Assembly: GCA_963924785.1 (NCBI GenBank)
Contig: CAWUTK010000076.1
Span: forward strand, 1 to 47,390
Origin: an uncultured Opitutales bacterium
Lineage (GTDB): Bacteria > Verrucomicrobiota > Verrucomicrobiia > Opitutales > CAJWYM01
Reading direction: 5' to 3'
DNA: 47,390 bases
Shown: piece by piece, positions 46,424 through 47,390 of the stretch
How positions within the stretch are numbered: the stretch's first letter is position 1
Layout: every line of letters starts with the position of its first letter
Translations under genes and position numbers: made by a program
Notes under the pieces: model-generated
Databases searched by the model: none
The model's input: the letters and a program-made list of their open reading frames with translations, nothing else
Told to the model about the DNA's origin: nothing

Positions 46424-46995
46424 TCTTGCTTTTCGGAATCTCCCGCTTTTTGAACCGGAATCCCTGGTTCATCGGAATATCCTTGAGGTCTCTGGTAGCG
46501 ATTAACGTCCCTAAGAGACATTGTCCCTGTACCGATGGCATATTTCGCTGCTAGCTGATCCATTTTTACAAGCACCGGATTTTTTGTGACACTTGCCTTT
46601 TCATCGAGGGTAATGTTTTCCCCATTTTTTGTTATTCCAGCGATTTTCTGATTATCTAAATAGTCTTTTTTATCTTTAAATTTGTATTCTTTTGTATGTT
46701 TGTTTTTTGAGAACATTTTGTGGCCGGTTCCTTTGAAACTCTTTTGGTTAATGAGTTTCCCGGAATCGCTTGATTTATTGAAACTTAATCGTTGTTTATC
46801 TAGAAATGAAGTGTCTGTATATTTTTTTGTGCTATAACTCTTTGAACCAGAAAACTTAAAGTGTTGAATTTTACCGTTCCGTTTAGTGTAATCCGATGGT
46901 TTTAACTGAGCGTAGATTGTTGCAGGAAACAATACTATAACAAAAGCGATAAGCCATTTGCTGGTAAAACTACTGTATAGACTCGAATGCTTCAT
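46420..46995 (-). CDS. Hypothetical secreted Lys-rich protein
   Basis: Signal peptide (WLIAFVIVLFPATIYAQ). Lys/Ser/Thr-rich, probably disordered, with recurring aromatic-Lys motifs (HFKFSGSKSY, KSFKGTGHKMF, EYKFKDKKDY). First gene of the coupled array. Confidence 0.5.
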   Translation of the reverse strand: MKHSSLYSSFTSKWLIAFVIVLFPATIYAQLKPSDYTKRNGKIQHFKFSGSKSYSTKKYTDTSFLDKQRLSFNKSSDSGKLINQKSFKGTGHKMFSKNKHTKEYKFKDKKDYLDNQKIAGITKNGENITLDEKASVTKNPVLVKMDQLAAKYAIGTGTMSLRDVNRYQRPQGYSDEPGIPVQKAGDSEKQE

Positions 46996-47276
46996 AAGGA
47001 ATTCTGTCAGAATATTTACAAAGCGTTACATCGCAAGGATAAAAAGGACCGCTGCACTTAATGAATTATAGTGTTTTTCAATAAATTCATTTAGCATTTC
47101 GGCAGAAACTTTTGAGAACCACGATAACTCTTTTGAATACCTATTTAAACTGAAGAAAATCTATGAATAAGAATCAAACAAAGGGTGATGATTTTTCGGT
47201 CTATTTCACATTATTTCTTTAGTATATCAAAAAACGGTTTTGAGGATTCCCCTCCATCCAATTGTTATGCTGATTC

Positions 47277-47390
47277 CTATAGCTTACAAACCTTGATAGG
47301 AATATGTTTTGAATAATGAATATAATCTCTATCATTCGATAAAATCTCTAATTTATAAAACACACTACAAGCACATATCAAGAAATCGGT
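47277..47390 (-). CDS. C-terminal 37 codons of a possible PIN-domain (VapC-like) protein; the 5' part lies beyond the right edge
   Basis: Manual translation from the window edge gives TDFLICACSVFYKLEILSNDRDYIHYSKHIPIKVCKL*. This resembles the C-terminal PIN signature D-x-(L/I)IAA-x-A ... L-x-(T/S)-x-D-x-D(F/Y). The fragment is short and the call tentative. Confidence 0.3.
   Translation of the reverse strand, partial: TDFLICACSVFYKLEILSNDRDYIHYSKHIPIKVCKL

Noticed and set aside
1-47390. Scan for CRISPR arrays, tRNA/rRNA genes, IS elements, integrases and long tandem repeats
   Set aside because: I saw no regularly spaced direct repeats, cloverleaf-like segments, rRNA-like conserved blocks or transposase/integrase motifs. 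Every gap longer than 150 bp was read on both strands.

Overview
AT-rich, densely coding chromosomal segment with about 50 genes, most on the minus strand and many translationally coupled through 4-nt ATGA-type overlaps. Content is mainly housekeeping. Envelope and export: secDF (partial, missing from the ORF track), yajC, two exbD. Metabolism: metF, purC, purB, hom, plsY, serA, pckG, a PPi-type phosphofructokinase, a class I/II aminotransferase with an Lrp/AsnC regulator, aroQ, pheA, sufE, dcd, queF and a pyrR-pyrB-pyrC' cluster. RNA and translation: rbfA-nrnA-truB, a TrmH-family methyltransferase, rpmB. DNA and stress: a DinG-like helicase, recA, a family-4 UDG, clpB, a PP2C phosphatase, an HDOD protein. 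A DUF1549/DUF1553 + DUF1501 + Planctomycete-cytochrome-C gene triad indicates a member of the PVC superphylum (Planctomycetes/Verrucomicrobia/Lentisphaerae-like). I saw no rRNA, tRNA, CRISPR array, transposase, integrase or phage module. Most noteworthy: (1) the conserved GTP-PEPCK gene is interrupted by one in-frame TGA; (2) the uncharacterised PVC triad has its heme domain split onto a separate membrane/LRR protein; (3) three signal-bearing hypothetical genes share a repeated GGHAWW-type module and head a long coupled array with a PpiD-like chaperone gene, pyrR-pyrB-pyrC' and queF; (4) the dihydroorotase homologue has lost its metal and catalytic ligands (PyrC'-like); (5) two exbD genes lack exbB and are flanked by an EF-hand/MORN/His-rich lipoprotein and a TolA-like coiled-coil protein; (6) an ORF pair is likely split by a frameshift; (7) the long serA-recA intergenic region contains repeats. 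All family calls come from motif recognition by eye. No database search was run.
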